This document shows positions 8,240 to 18,963 of a DNA stretch of 25,755 nucleotides, in pieces. This DNA is from Chloroflexota bacterium (GTDB lineage: Bacteria > Chloroflexota > UBA6077 > FW602-bin22 > JAMCYS01). Location of the stretch: positions 1 to 25,755 of the forward strand of contig JAMCYS010000152.1 of NCBI GenBank assembly GCA_023473795.1. Direction: 5' to 3'. The notes under the pieces are model-generated. The model was not told the DNA's origin, searched no databases, and worked only from the letters and a program-made list of their open reading frames with translations. Positions within the stretch are counted from its first letter, which is position 1. Each line of letters starts with the position of its first letter. Position numbers and translations under genes: made by a program.

Positions 8240-9757
8240 CTAGCCCTCGTGCCCGTTGCCGGCAGCCGGGGCCTTGGCAGTTGTGTCTTCCGCCTGCAAG
8301 TCGGCTAACGCCGGTATCTTGCGCAGAACGTCCTGCAACTTGAGCCCGGTGAGCGCCTCGATAACCGCCGGCATCTGGGCCATGATCTCGGTTATGTCCC
8401 GCGTAATCTTAGACGCTCCAGCGCCGTGACCGTCAGATCCGCCAATCATGACGATGCGGTCCGTCTTGCTGAGTGGTTCGGCGACGGCCCTGGCCAGCTC
8501 CGGCAGGCGCTCGACGATCATCTGGATTATGGCCGCCTCGTTGTACTCGTGCCAAGCCTCCGCCTTGCTCGACATAGCCGTCGCCTCGGCCGCGCCACGG
8601 GCCTTGGTCACGTCGGCGGCGGTCAGGCCGCGCGCGCGCTCGATGTCGACCTGCGCCAGGCCCTGCGCCCGCTCGGCGTCGGCCTGGCCCTGGCCCATCA
8701 GCCTTGCCGCCTCGGACTTGCCAGTCGCCTCGGCCCGCAGCTTGTACTGCTCGGCCTCGGCCAGCGTCTGGATACGAGTGCGCTCCGCCTCGGCCGGTTT
8801 CTGGACGTTGGCGACCAGTTCCCGCTCCCGACGGGCAACTTCCTTCTCCTGAACCAGGGTCTCCTGTTCCTTCTGGACTATCTGGACCTTCACCTCTTCG
8901 GCCTTGACGAGCTGCTCCGTCTTGTACTTCTGCAGGTCGTAGGCGAGGTCGGCCTCAGCCTTCTGCTGGTTGACTAGCATGTTGTACTGAGCGACCTTGA
9001 CGTTGTAGTCACGCTGCGACTCAGCAATTTTGGTCTGGGCCTCGATCTCGCCGATCTTGCCCAGCTGTTCGGCCTGCGCCCGCTTGATCTGGGTCTCCCG
9101 AGCGGCCTCGGCCTCGGCGATGGCCGCGTCGCGGCGCACCTCGGCGATGCGCGGCTTGCCCAGGGCCTCCAGGTAGCCCTGCTTGTCGTGCACGTCCTTG
9201 ATGGTGAAACTGATGACGGTGAAGCCCATGTTGCTGAAGTCGGTCGAGGATACTTCCTGTACCCGCTGGGCGAAGGCCTCGCGATTACGATAGACTTCCT
9301 CGACGGTCATCGTACCCATAATGGCCCGCAAGTGGCCCTCGAGGGTTTGCTTGACGACCTCTTTGCGCTCCTCGACGTTCTTGGAGAGGAACTGCTCTGC
9401 CGCGGTCGCGATCGAAACCAGGTCGCTTTGCACTTTGATCTGGGCCACGCCTTCCACGATGATGGGCACACCTTGCGAGGTGTAGACGTCCGGCGTGCCC
9501 ACGTCGATGGTCATCGTCTCCATCGACAGGGTCTTGAACGACTCGACGACCGGCATGACTATCGTGCCGCCGCCGCGCACGATGCGAAAGCCGACGTCCC
9601 GCGCCTGCCCACTCTCGTCGCGCAGCTTGCCGCCCCGACCATAGATGATCAGCGCCTCGTTGGGACCGACCTTACGATAGCGCGAGGCTGCCAACGCTAT
9701 GAGAAGAAAGATGCCTAGGACGATGCCTGCCACTAGCAGCGTGCTGGTGAAATCCAC
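8240..9757 (-). CDS. floT: Flotillin-like SPFH/band-7 protein (FloT/YuaG type) with N-terminal membrane anchor and Ala/Glu-rich coiled coil
   Basis: Close resemblance to B. subtilis YuaG along the SPFH domain (IVRGGGT, IATAAEQFL, GHLRAIMGTMTVEEVYRNRE, LGKPRIAEV). GTG start at 9757. The upstream nfeD partner is present. Confidence 0.9.
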   Translation of the reverse strand: MDFTSTLLVAGIVLGIFLLIALAASRYRKVGPNEALIIYGRGGKLRDESGQARDVGFRIVRGGGTIVMPVVESFKTLSMETMTIDVGTPDVYTSQGVPIIVEGVAQIKVQSDLVSIATAAEQFLSKNVEERKEVVKQTLEGHLRAIMGTMTVEEVYRNREAFAQRVQEVSSTDFSNMGFTVISFTIKDVHDKQGYLEALGKPRIAEVRRDAAIAEAEAARETQIKRAQAEQLGKIGEIEAQTKIAESQRDYNVKVAQYNMLVNQQKAEADLAYDLQKYKTEQLVKAEEVKVQIVQKEQETLVQEKEVARRERELVANVQKPAEAERTRIQTLAEAEQYKLRAEATGKSEAARLMGQGQADAERAQGLAQVDIERARGLTAADVTKARGAAEATAMSSKAEAWHEYNEAAIIQMIVERLPELARAVAEPLSKTDRIVMIGGSDGHGAGASKITRDITEIMAQMPAVIEALTGLKLQDVLRKIPALADLQAEDTTAKAPAAGNGHEG

Positions 9758-9822
9758 TTAGTTCACCCTCCCTTTGCGACACTCGAATGCCCGCCCGAAC
9801 GACGGCTACGAACCCGCCAACT

Positions 9823-10449
9823 CTACCCCTCGTCAGAGGCCGAACCGAGGGCCTCGTCCTCCATTGACACTACCTCGGCCACACCCTTGTGTAAGCGTAC
9901 GATCGCCACCCTCGTGCCACTGGCCAAGGGCACGCCGCTGGCAGACCGCGCCGGCAATTGCATGCGGCTGCCACGGGCGGAGAAGACGATCTCGCCCAGC
10001 CCCTCGGCCGGAATGCTGACCCGCACCTTGGCCAGAGCCTGGGCCACCTCTCTCATGTCCGGCGAGCTACTGCCCTGGGCCCTCACTAGCGGCCGCCACA
10101 CCGCTAGGAAGAATGCCCCGGCAACCAGTACCGCCCCGACCGTGGCGAGAAGGAGCGAAAGCCAATCGGGCAGGCCAATATACCTGTAGGTCAACAGGCC
10201 AATGCCCCCCACGGCCAGAGAGAAAGCCGCTATGGTAAGAGAGTTGACCGGGGATACATGGTGGGCGCCGACGTCGTGGCCAGCGTCAAGCTCGTGCCCG
10301 CCGCCCAAGTCGTGCGACAAGTCCACGTCGTGGCCGCCGGCTATGTCGTGGCCGCCCAGACCACCGGCGAGCAAGCCGAACACGCCGTAGCCGAGCCCAA
10401 AGAGGAACGCCACCCAATAGAACAGTTCCAGCCCGTTTAGCCCACCCAT
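9823..10449 (-). CDS. nfeD: NfeD/YuaF-like membrane protein (3 TM segments plus C-terminal OB-fold beta-barrel), partner of flotillin. It contains an unusual His/Asp-rich GHD repeat loop.
   Basis: TM helices plus C-terminal VRVSIPAEGLGEIVFSARGSRMQLPARS...VAIVRLHKGVAEVV OB-like domain. Gene order nfeD-floT matches yuaF-yuaG. Strong RBS GGGAGGAGGG before ATG 10449. Confidence 0.75.
   Translation of the reverse strand: MGGLNGLELFYWVAFLFGLGYGVFGLLAGGLGGHDIAGGHDVDLSHDLGGGHELDAGHDVGAHHVSPVNSLTIAAFSLAVGGIGLLTYRYIGLPDWLSLLLATVGAVLVAGAFFLAVWRPLVRAQGSSSPDMREVAQALAKVRVSIPAEGLGEIVFSARGSRMQLPARSASGVPLASGTRVAIVRLHKGVAEVVSMEDEALGSASDEG
10255..10356 (-). repeat. In-frame nucleotide tandem repeats GTCGTG(G/C)CC(GCC) encoding GHD/HD units (GGHDIAGGHDVDLSHDLGGGHELDAGHDVGAHH) inside nfeD
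   Basis: gtcgtggcc/gtcgtgccc/gtcgtgcga motifs recur about 6 times at roughly 18-21 nt spacing on the plus strand. Their reverse complement encodes Gly-His-Asp. Confidence 0.6.
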
Positions 10450-10472
10450 GCCACCCTCCTCCCGCGGGCGCC

Positions 10473-11227
10473 CTAGCCGCGTTTGCCCTCGCGGTACTCC
10501 TGAGCGTAGCGCCGGTTGTTGCTGACCACCTGAGCGGCGAAGTCCCGCAGGTGATTCGTCACCGGCGCCAGCGACCGAGCCCGCTCCGGCGTGTCCACGA
10601 TCGCCCCTGCCGGCACCAGGCGCCCATCCGGTATCTCTACGTCGGAGATGAACGCGCCGTGCCAGACTACGCAGCCGCGTCCGATCGTGCTGTTCACCAC
10701 CATCGTCCGAAAGCCGACGAAAGCACCGTCGCCGATAGCCACCGGGCCGTGCACGAACGCTTGGTGGGCCAAGGATACGTTCTTCCCGACCCAGACGGCA
10801 TACTGCTGGCCGCCCACGACAACCGAGCGCCCTTCCATGGCGTGGACGACGACCCCGTCCTGCACGTTACTACCATCGCCAATGGCTATCGGCGCCCCGC
10901 TGTCACCCCTGATTGAGGACCCCGGGGCGACGAAGACCTCGGCCCCCAATTGTACGTCGCCCACCACGCTCGCGGCAGGACTGATGAAGGCGCCCCGACC
11001 GAGGCGAACGGTGCGACCCACCTCTGCCGCCGGCATGGCGGCTGCCGCGGGTGGCGCGGGCCGGGCCGGAGGAGCAGCGACCGGCGTCTGAGCCGCAAAC
11101 GCCTCGCTCCCTGGGGCATCCGGCTCGGTTAGAGAACGCCCCAGGTTACCCCCGCCAGCCGGCAGGTCTGAGCCCGGCATGGGCATGTAGCCGATGGGCT
11201 GCATGCCCCCTTTGGGTTGGCCCTCGC

Positions 11228-11231
<4 letters not shown>
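10473..11231 (-). CDS. Gamma-class carbonic anhydrase family (left-handed beta-helix, hexapeptide repeat) protein with about 95-aa Pro/Ala-rich low-complexity N-terminal extension; all three Cam-type zinc-ligand His positions conserved
   Basis: [11 protein letters not shown] and [12 protein letters not shown] match the Cam motifs (H81, H117, H122 equivalents). The start ATG 11231..11229 overlaps the upstream mutase stop (ATGA). The ORF-track upstream extension has no RBS and is rejected. Confidence 0.75.
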
Positions 11232-12919
<1,688 letters not shown>

Positions 12920-12930
12920 CCAATCCTCGC

Positions 12931-13461
12931 CTATGAAACGATCGCCAGCACATCCCCGGCGTTCACCGTGGAGCCGGCGCTCACCGGCAAGGAGGTCACC
13001 CGGCCGGCGGCGGTGCTCTTGATCTCGTTTTCCATCTTCATGGCCTCGAGGACCACCAGCCCGGCGCCGTAGGCCACGTTGTCGCCCACTTTGACCTGCA
13101 CGCGCAGGATCTTGCCGGGCATCGGCGCCCGCATCACCGTGCCCGAGGCCGCGGGAGCCGTCGGCGCGGTGGCAGGAGCGGGTGACGTCCGCGGCCCCAC
13201 GGCTGCCGGGGCAGGGCGTGGGGCAGCAGGGGCGAGCGCCGGCGCGGGGCGGGTCGCCGAGTCCAGCCGAACCGCGTAGGTCTTGCCGTCCAGCGTCACC
13301 TGGTCGCCCTTCAGCTCGACCTGGAGCGTCTTGCCGCCCACCTCGACCGTGGCCGAGTTGCCGCGGCGGCGGGCGCTAGCGGGAACCGGTTTGCCGTCGA
13401 CAGTCACCTCGCCCGGTTTGACCGTGACCTCGTAGTCTTTGCCGTCGATCGTTATCTTCAC
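12931..13461 (-). CDS. Biotin carboxyl carrier subunit, transcarboxylase 1.3S / decarboxylase gamma type (N-terminal [12 protein letters not shown] domain, Ala/Pro linker, C-terminal biotinyl domain with EAMKM)
   Basis: AMKM biotinylation motif. The N-terminus resembles the P. shermanii 1.3S and GcdC N-termini. GTG start at 13461. Confidence 0.85.
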   Translation of the reverse strand: MKITIDGKDYEVTVKPGEVTVDGKPVPASARRRGNSATVEVGGKTLQVELKGDQVTLDGKTYAVRLDSATRPAPALAPAAPRPAPAAVGPRTSPAPATAPTAPAASGTVMRAPMPGKILRVQVKVGDNVAYGAGLVVLEAMKMENEIKSTAAGRVTSLPVSAGSTVNAGDVLAIVS

Positions 13462-13476
13462 TGTCGCAACCTCACC

Positions 13477-14961
13477 CTACCTCATCAGTCCCAGACGGCC
13501 GGATAGCTTCCAGCCAGAGAGTCCGGCCAGGGCCTCGGGCACGCGCTCCCGCTGCGCCGGGGCGAGAAACGCCGCGGCAATGGCAGCGACCGTCTCCGCG
13601 TCCAGCTTGGGCTCGGGCTCAACCTCGCCCGCCCGCCGTTTGAAGAACTCCAGGGCCACCTGGGGGAAGATCGCGTAGGAGATCACGTCCTCGTCGCTCT
13701 GCGCATAGGGCTTGGACCCCTCCACGGCCTTGTCCCACTCGGGCTCCAACAGGTCGGCGGGGCGGACGTCGATCGTCTCCTCGCCGTCGATGGTCTTCTC
13801 CTTGATGGCAGGGTCGACCGGAATCGCTGGCCGGCCGTAGAACCCCTTCACGTACAGCTTGACCTCTTTGGGCACCATCTTGTAGCGCTCGCCCAGGAGG
13901 ACGTTCAGCACCGCCTGCGTGCCCACGATCTGACTGGAGGGGGTGACCAAAGGCGGGTAGCCAAGGTCCTGGCGCACCCGCGGCACCTCGGCCAGCACTT
14001 CCTTCAGGCGGTCTTCCGCCTTCTGCTCACGCAGCTGGGAGACTAGGTTAGAGATCATCCCGCCCGGAATCTGGAAGGTGAGCACGTTCGTATCGACGGG
14101 CGCCATACCCATCTCGAACTTGCCGTATTCCTTGCGTACCTTGCCGAAGTACTCCGCGATCTCCGACAGCAAATCGAGGTCGAGGCCCGTGTCGCGAGGC
14201 GTGCCCTTGAGCGCGGCCACAATGCTCTCCGTGGGCGGCTGACCAGAGCCCATCGAGATGCTGGAGATGGAGGTATCGACGACGTCGATGCCCGCTTCCG
14301 CCGCCTTGAGGTAGGCCATCGACGCCATACCGCTGGTGTAGTGGCAGTGCAACTGCACCGGCAGGCCGACCTTCTCCTTCAGCTGCTTGGTAAGATCGTA
14401 TGACTCGTAGGGGTCGATGAGACCGGCCATGTCCTTGATGCAGATCGAATCGGCGCCCATGTCGCGCAGCGTCTTGCCCATCTCCACAAACGTGTCGATG
14501 TTGTGGTAGGGGCTGCGCGTGTAGCAGATCGTCGCCTGCACGTGGCCGCCGACATGCTTAGTCACTTCCATCGCATAGCGCATGTTGCGCACGTCGTTCA
14601 AGGCGTCGAAGATGCGGAAGATGTCCATGCCATTTTCTTTGGCCTTGACGACGAAATGCTCCACGATGTCGTCGGCGTAGTTGCGGTAGCCGACGATGTT
14701 TTGGCCGCGCAACAGCATCTGCAGCTTAGTGTTCTTGAACGCCCCGCGCAGTTGGCGCAGGCGCTCCCAGGGGTCTTCGTTCAAGAAGCGCATGCAACTG
14801 TCGAAAGTCGCGCCGCCCCAGACCTCGAGGGAGTGGTAACCCACCCTGTCCAGCTTCTCGGCAATGGGCAGCATGTGCTCGATGCGCATGCGCGTCGCCA
14901 GCAGCGATTGGTGCGCGTCGCGCAGGATTGTGTCGGTGATGCCGAGCGGGTTCTTCTCCAC
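13477..14961 (-). CDS. Transcarboxylase 5S subunit / oxaloacetate-decarboxylase-alpha-type carboxyltransferase (pyruvate carboxyltransferase TIM barrel, no fused biotinyl domain)
   Basis: ILRDAHQSL, IKDMAG (carbamyl-Lys motif) and LHCHYTSG metal-site motifs. The 494-aa length matches the 5S subunit. Confidence 0.9.
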   Translation of the reverse strand: MEKNPLGITDTILRDAHQSLLATRMRIEHMLPIAEKLDRVGYHSLEVWGGATFDSCMRFLNEDPWERLRQLRGAFKNTKLQMLLRGQNIVGYRNYADDIVEHFVVKAKENGMDIFRIFDALNDVRNMRYAMEVTKHVGGHVQATICYTRSPYHNIDTFVEMGKTLRDMGADSICIKDMAGLIDPYESYDLTKQLKEKVGLPVQLHCHYTSGMASMAYLKAAEAGIDVVDTSISSISMGSGQPPTESIVAALKGTPRDTGLDLDLLSEIAEYFGKVRKEYGKFEMGMAPVDTNVLTFQIPGGMISNLVSQLREQKAEDRLKEVLAEVPRVRQDLGYPPLVTPSSQIVGTQAVLNVLLGERYKMVPKEVKLYVKGFYGRPAIPVDPAIKEKTIDGEETIDVRPADLLEPEWDKAVEGSKPYAQSDEDVISYAIFPQVALEFFKRRAGEVEPEPKLDAETVAAIAAAFLAPAQRERVPEALAGLSGWKLSGRLGLMR

Positions 14962-14979
14962 TGCTTCCTCCTTCCGATC

Positions 14980-16539
14980 CTACAGCGGTATATTGCCGTG
15001 CTTCTTCGGCGGCAGGGTATCGCGTTTGTCCTTGAGCATCTCCAGGGCGGCGATCAGCTTGGGCCTGGTGTAGCGAGGCTGGATCACATCGTCCAACAAG
15101 CCGTGGGCCGCGGCGACGTACGGGTTGGCGAACTTGTCGCGGTACTGCTGCACCTTCTCCTGCAAAGTAGCCTCAGGGTCGGGCGAGGACTCGATCTCCC
15201 GCCGGAAGAGGATGTTGGCCGCCCCGTCGGGGCCCATCACCGCGATTTCGGCCGTGGGCCAGGCGAGGTTGATATCGCCGCGCAGGGCCTTGCTACTCAT
15301 GACGATGTAGGCACCGCCGTAGGCCTTGCGCGTGATCAGCGAAATCTTGGGCACGGTCGCCTCGCTGTAAGCGTAAATCATTTTGGCCCCATGACGAATG
15401 ATACCGCCCTGCTCCTGGTCGAGACCAGGCATGAAGCCCGGCACGTCGGCGATGGTGACGAGCGGCACGTTGAAGCAGTCGCAGAAGCGAACGAAGCGCG
15501 CTGCCTTGTCGGAGGCGTTGATATCGATGACCCCCGCTAGCACCTTGGGCTGCTGCGCCACTACGCCCACCGGCCGCCCGCCGAGACGCGCGAAGCCGAC
15601 GATCATGTTCTGGGCGAACTCCTTGTGGACCTCGAACAGGTCCCCGTCGTCCACGATGCGACCGATCACTTCCAGCATATCGTAGGGTTGGTTAGGGGAA
15701 TCCGGGATCAGCACGTCCAGCTCGGGGTCCGTGCGATCCGCCGGATCGAGCGAGACTCCCAGGGGCGGGTCGTCCATATTGTTGGAGGGCAGGAAGCCGA
15801 GCAGGCGGCGGATGTCCTGCAGGCAGGTCTGCTCGTCCGGCTCGGCGAAATGGGCGACGCCGCTGATGCCGGCGTGCGTCTGTGCCCCGCCCAGCTGATC
15901 GAAGCTGACGTCCTCATGGGTGACCGCCTTGACCACGGCCGGGCCGGTGATAAACATGTGGCTAGTGCCATTGACCATAAACACGAAGTCCGTCAGGGCC
16001 GGCGAGTAGCAGGCGCCGCCGGCCGAGGGGCCGAGGATGGCCGAGACCTGGGGAATGACGCCCGAGGCCAGCGTGTTGCGCAGGAAGATCTCGGCGTAGC
16101 CGGCAAGGCTGAGCACGCCCTCCTGGATGCGCGCGCCGCCGGAGTCGTTCAGCCCGATCAACGGCGCCCCGTTCTTCATCGACAGGTCCATCACCTTGCA
16201 GATCTTGTTGGCATGCACCTCGGACAATGAGCCGCCGAAGACGGTGAAGTCCTGCGAAAATACGTACACCAGTCTGCCGTCCACCTTGCCAAAGCCCGTG
16301 ACCACGCTGTCGCCTAGGTACTGCTGCTCGGCCAGCCCGAAGTCGGTGCAGCGATGCAGGACAAACTGATCCAGCTCGCTGAACGAACCGGGATCGAGCA
16401 AGGCGTCGATCCGTTCGCGGGCGGTCAGCTTGCCTCTCTTGTGCTGCTGCTCGACGCGCTGGGGGCCGCCACCCTGCTCCGCCTGCCGCTGCAGTTCCCG
16501 CAGCTCGGAGATGCGATTGGCCTCAACCATACTGTTCAC
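14980..16539 (-). CDS. Methylmalonyl-CoA carboxyltransferase 12S subunit (propionyl-CoA carboxylase beta family)
   Basis: High similarity to the P. shermanii 12S subunit, including the C-terminal KKHGNIPL. Carboxyltransferase motifs are present ([22 protein letters not shown]). The annotated start is GTG at 16539. ATG at 16530 (MVEANRI) has a better-spaced GAGGTGA RBS and may be the true start. Confidence 0.9.
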   Translation of the reverse strand: MNSMVEANRISELRELQRQAEQGGGPQRVEQQHKRGKLTARERIDALLDPGSFSELDQFVLHRCTDFGLAEQQYLGDSVVTGFGKVDGRLVYVFSQDFTVFGGSLSEVHANKICKVMDLSMKNGAPLIGLNDSGGARIQEGVLSLAGYAEIFLRNTLASGVIPQVSAILGPSAGGACYSPALTDFVFMVNGTSHMFITGPAVVKAVTHEDVSFDQLGGAQTHAGISGVAHFAEPDEQTCLQDIRRLLGFLPSNNMDDPPLGVSLDPADRTDPELDVLIPDSPNQPYDMLEVIGRIVDDGDLFEVHKEFAQNMIVGFARLGGRPVGVVAQQPKVLAGVIDINASDKAARFVRFCDCFNVPLVTIADVPGFMPGLDQEQGGIIRHGAKMIYAYSEATVPKISLITRKAYGGAYIVMSSKALRGDINLAWPTAEIAVMGPDGAANILFRREIESSPDPEATLQEKVQQYRDKFANPYVAAAHGLLDDVIQPRYTRPKLIAALEMLKDKRDTLPPKKHGNIPL

Positions 16540-16563
16540 TCACCTCAATCGGTACTAGGGAGC

Positions 16564-17433
16564 CTAGGTGCCATACTCGTAGAAGCCGCGGCCGGACTTG
16601 CGTCCCAGGTGTCCCGCCTCGACCATCCGGTGTAGCAGAGGGCAGGGGCGGTACTTGGAATCGCCGAAGCCCCGGTGCAGCACCTCCATCACCTGTAAAC
16701 ACACATCCAGACCAATCAGATCGGCCAACTGTAGCGGGCCAAGCGGATGATTCATCCCCAGGTGCATGACGGTGTCGATGGCCTCCCGCTGGGCAACGCC
16801 CTCCATGAGGCAGTAGATGGCTTCGTTGATCATCGGCATGAGCACCCGGTTGGACACGAAGCCTGGATAGTCGTTCACCGCCACCGGCGTCTTGCCCAGG
16901 CGCTCCGCCAGCTGCTGTACCAACCCCATGGTGGCGTCGCTCGTCAGTTCGCCGCGCACCACTTCCACTAGCGCCATCACGGGCACCGGGTTGAAGAAGT
17001 GCATGCCGACCACCTGACCCGGCCGCCGCGTTCCGGCCCCCAAGGTAGTGACGGAGATCGAGGAGGTGTTGGAGGCCAGGACGGCCTCATGGCGGCACAA
17101 GGCGTCCAGGCGCCGGAAGACGTCAATCTTGACCGGCAACTGCTCCACCGCCGCCTCGACCACCAGGTCGCAGCGGGACAGGTCCTCCAAAGACAGAGAA
17201 GGGGCAATGCCGGCCAGCGCCGCCTCGCGTGCCGCCGGTTCGAGGCGCCCCTTGTCCACGGCGCGGTCGAGGTTGCGCCGGATGGTGGCCAGGCCGCGGT
17301 CGAGGGCGGCCCGGTCCACCTCGACCAGGGTCACGGCGAAGCCGGCACCGGCGAACACCTGGGCAATGCCGTTGCCCATAGTACCTGCCCCAACCACCCC
17401 AACCTTCCGAATCTCCTCAGCTTCCATTGCCAT
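16564..17433 (-). CDS. hbd: 3-hydroxybutyryl-CoA / 3-hydroxyacyl-CoA dehydrogenase (NAD-binding)
   Basis: KVGVVGAGTMGNGIAQVFA Rossmann motif and typical Hbd length. The start is probably ATG 17433 or 17427 (AGGAAAGG RBS). The GTG at 17463 in the ORF track is less likely. Confidence 0.85.
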   Translation of the reverse strand: MAMEAEEIRKVGVVGAGTMGNGIAQVFAGAGFAVTLVEVDRAALDRGLATIRRNLDRAVDKGRLEPAAREAALAGIAPSLSLEDLSRCDLVVEAAVEQLPVKIDVFRRLDALCRHEAVLASNTSSISVTTLGAGTRRPGQVVGMHFFNPVPVMALVEVVRGELTSDATMGLVQQLAERLGKTPVAVNDYPGFVSNRVLMPMINEAIYCLMEGVAQREAIDTVMHLGMNHPLGPLQLADLIGLDVCLQVMEVLHRGFGDSKYRPCPLLHRMVEAGHLGRKSGRGFYEYGT

Positions 17434-17483
17434 CCTTTCCTGGTCCAACGGGAGACGAACCACGGATCAACGCGGATCCTGGA

Positions 17484-17573
17484 GGATGAACATGGATGGA
17501 TGAGACACCTCGGAGAGCCGGGACCTCGCCACACGTTCCGTCCTCGCCACACCTCCCTCATCTGTGTTCATCC
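17484..17573. promoter_or_regulatory. 9-bp perfect inverted repeat GGATGAACA ... TGTTCATCC separated by 72 nt that contain two copies of the direct repeat CCTCGCCACAC, in the thiolase-hbd intergenic region
   Basis: Read directly: arms at 17484-17492 and 17565-17573; direct repeats at 17524-17534 and 17542-17552. Confidence 0.4.
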
Positions 17574-17611
17574 GCTCCCAACGGTGTGCATCTGTGGCCG
17601 TTGTCCTCATC

Positions 17612-18802
17612 CTAGGCTAACTCGACGCTCAGGGCGACGGCCTCGCCCCCGCCGAGGCAGGCCACGGCCAGGCCGCGTTCGCCGCCTCGCTGGCGCAAGG
17701 CATAGATCAGTGTCGTCAAGATGCGCGCGCCGCTGGCGCCGATAGGATGGCCCAAGGCCACCGCGCCGCCGTGGACGTTTACCTTCTGCCAATCCCAGCC
17801 CAAGTCCTTGCCGTTGGCCAGCACCTGGGAGGCGAAGGCTTCGTTGATCTCGATGAGGTCGAAATCGTTCAGACCCAGACCGGTCTGGGACAGCAGTTTG
17901 CGAATGGCCAGCGGCGGGGCAGCGAAGAGCAGCAGCGGCTCCAGGGCAGCCGTGGCATAGCCCGTGACGCGCGCCAGCGCGGGCAGGCCGAGCTCCCGGC
18001 CGCGCCCGCCCTCGACTACCACTAGGGCGGCGGCGCCGTCGCTCAGGCCGGGGGCGTTGCCGGCCGTCACCGTGCCGCCCTCCGGCTGGAAGGCCGGCTG
18101 CAGACGCGCGAGCGCCTCCAGGCTCGTGTCGGGGCGGGGCGTCTCGTCGGCGGCGACGACCACGCTGCCCTTCTTCTGCGGCACCTCGACCGGAACGATC
18201 TCCGCCGCGAACCGGCCCGACGACGCCGCGGCGACGGCCTTGCGGTGGCTCGCCAGGGCGAACTCGTCCTGTTCGCGACGGCTAATACCATAGAGCTTGG
18301 CGATGTGTTCGGCGGAGTTGCCCATGTGGTGGTGCTCGAATGAGCACCAGAGGCCATCGTGTACCGTGGCGTCTACGATCTCGCCGTTGCCCAGACGGTA
18401 GCCGGTGCGGGCACGGGGCAGTAGGTAGGGGCCGTTGCTCATGCTCTCCATGCCCCCAGCCACGTAGATGGAGCCGTCTCCGGCCTTGATGGCTTGCGCC
18501 GCCAGCATGACCGCCTTCAGGCCCGAACCGCAGACCTTGTTGACGGTGACGGCCGGCACGCTCACGGGCACACCAGCCCGGACCGCGGCCTGGCGAGCAG
18601 GGGCCATGCCCACGCCCGCCTGGACGACGTTGCCCATTATCACTTCGTCCACGGCGGCGGGGTCGACACCCGCCCGGCGGATAGATTCACGAATGGCGAC
18701 GGCGCCCAACTCGGGCGCCGTTAGTGGTTGGAGGGCACCGAGGAAACGGCCCGTGGGAATGCGCGCGGCACTAGCGATCACAACCTTAGGGGAGTCCGCC
18801 AT
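17612..18802 (-). CDS. Acetyl-CoA C-acetyltransferase (thiolase II)
   Basis: VNKVCGSGLKAV (nucleophilic Cys), GHPIGASGARIL (His) and C-terminal Cys in ACLGGGEAVA. ATG at 18802 with GGGAGGAAGG RBS. The 25-aa ORF-track extension is rejected. Confidence 0.9.
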   Translation of the reverse strand: MADSPKVVIASAARIPTGRFLGALQPLTAPELGAVAIRESIRRAGVDPAAVDEVIMGNVVQAGVGMAPARQAAVRAGVPVSVPAVTVNKVCGSGLKAVMLAAQAIKAGDGSIYVAGGMESMSNGPYLLPRARTGYRLGNGEIVDATVHDGLWCSFEHHHMGNSAEHIAKLYGISRREQDEFALASHRKAVAAASSGRFAAEIVPVEVPQKKGSVVVAADETPRPDTSLEALARLQPAFQPEGGTVTAGNAPGLSDGAAALVVVEGGRGRELGLPALARVTGYATAALEPLLLFAAPPLAIRKLLSQTGLGLNDFDLIEINEAFASQVLANGKDLGWDWQKVNVHGGAVALGHPIGASGARILTTLIYALRQRGGERGLAVACLGGGEAVALSVELA

Positions 18803-18867
18803 TGCCTTCCTCCCTTGACGCAACTCCGCGCCTCGCCGTGCAGCGTCTGGCCCTGGGTATCCCGCAC

Positions 18868-18876
18868 ATAATAGCA
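18868..18876 (-). promoter_or_regulatory. Extended -10-like element TGCTATTAT (minus strand) about 66 nt upstream of the thiolase ATG
   Basis: Plus-strand ataatagca at 18868-18876. There is no clear -35, consistent with an extended -10 promoter. Inference only. Confidence 0.3.
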
Positions 18877-18963
18877 CAACGCAACCTGCCCCGCCAGAAC
18901 GAAGATCCCCTTCCCGCTAGGCAGGAAGGGGGTTGTCAGTAACCAGCAGATGTTGGTCTGTTG

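Noticed and set aside
8426-9718. Plus-strand ORFs (183 aa, 134 aa, 176 aa) antisense to flotillin
   Set aside because: Flotillin coding on the minus strand is strongly supported. The antisense ORFs are repetitive Leu/Arg-rich artefacts of the Ala/Glu-rich coiled-coil codons.
14503-15540. 345-aa plus-strand ORF antisense to the 5S and 12S transcarboxylase genes
   Set aside because: Antisense shadow ORF in high-GC coding DNA with no motifs. The minus-strand genes are unambiguous.
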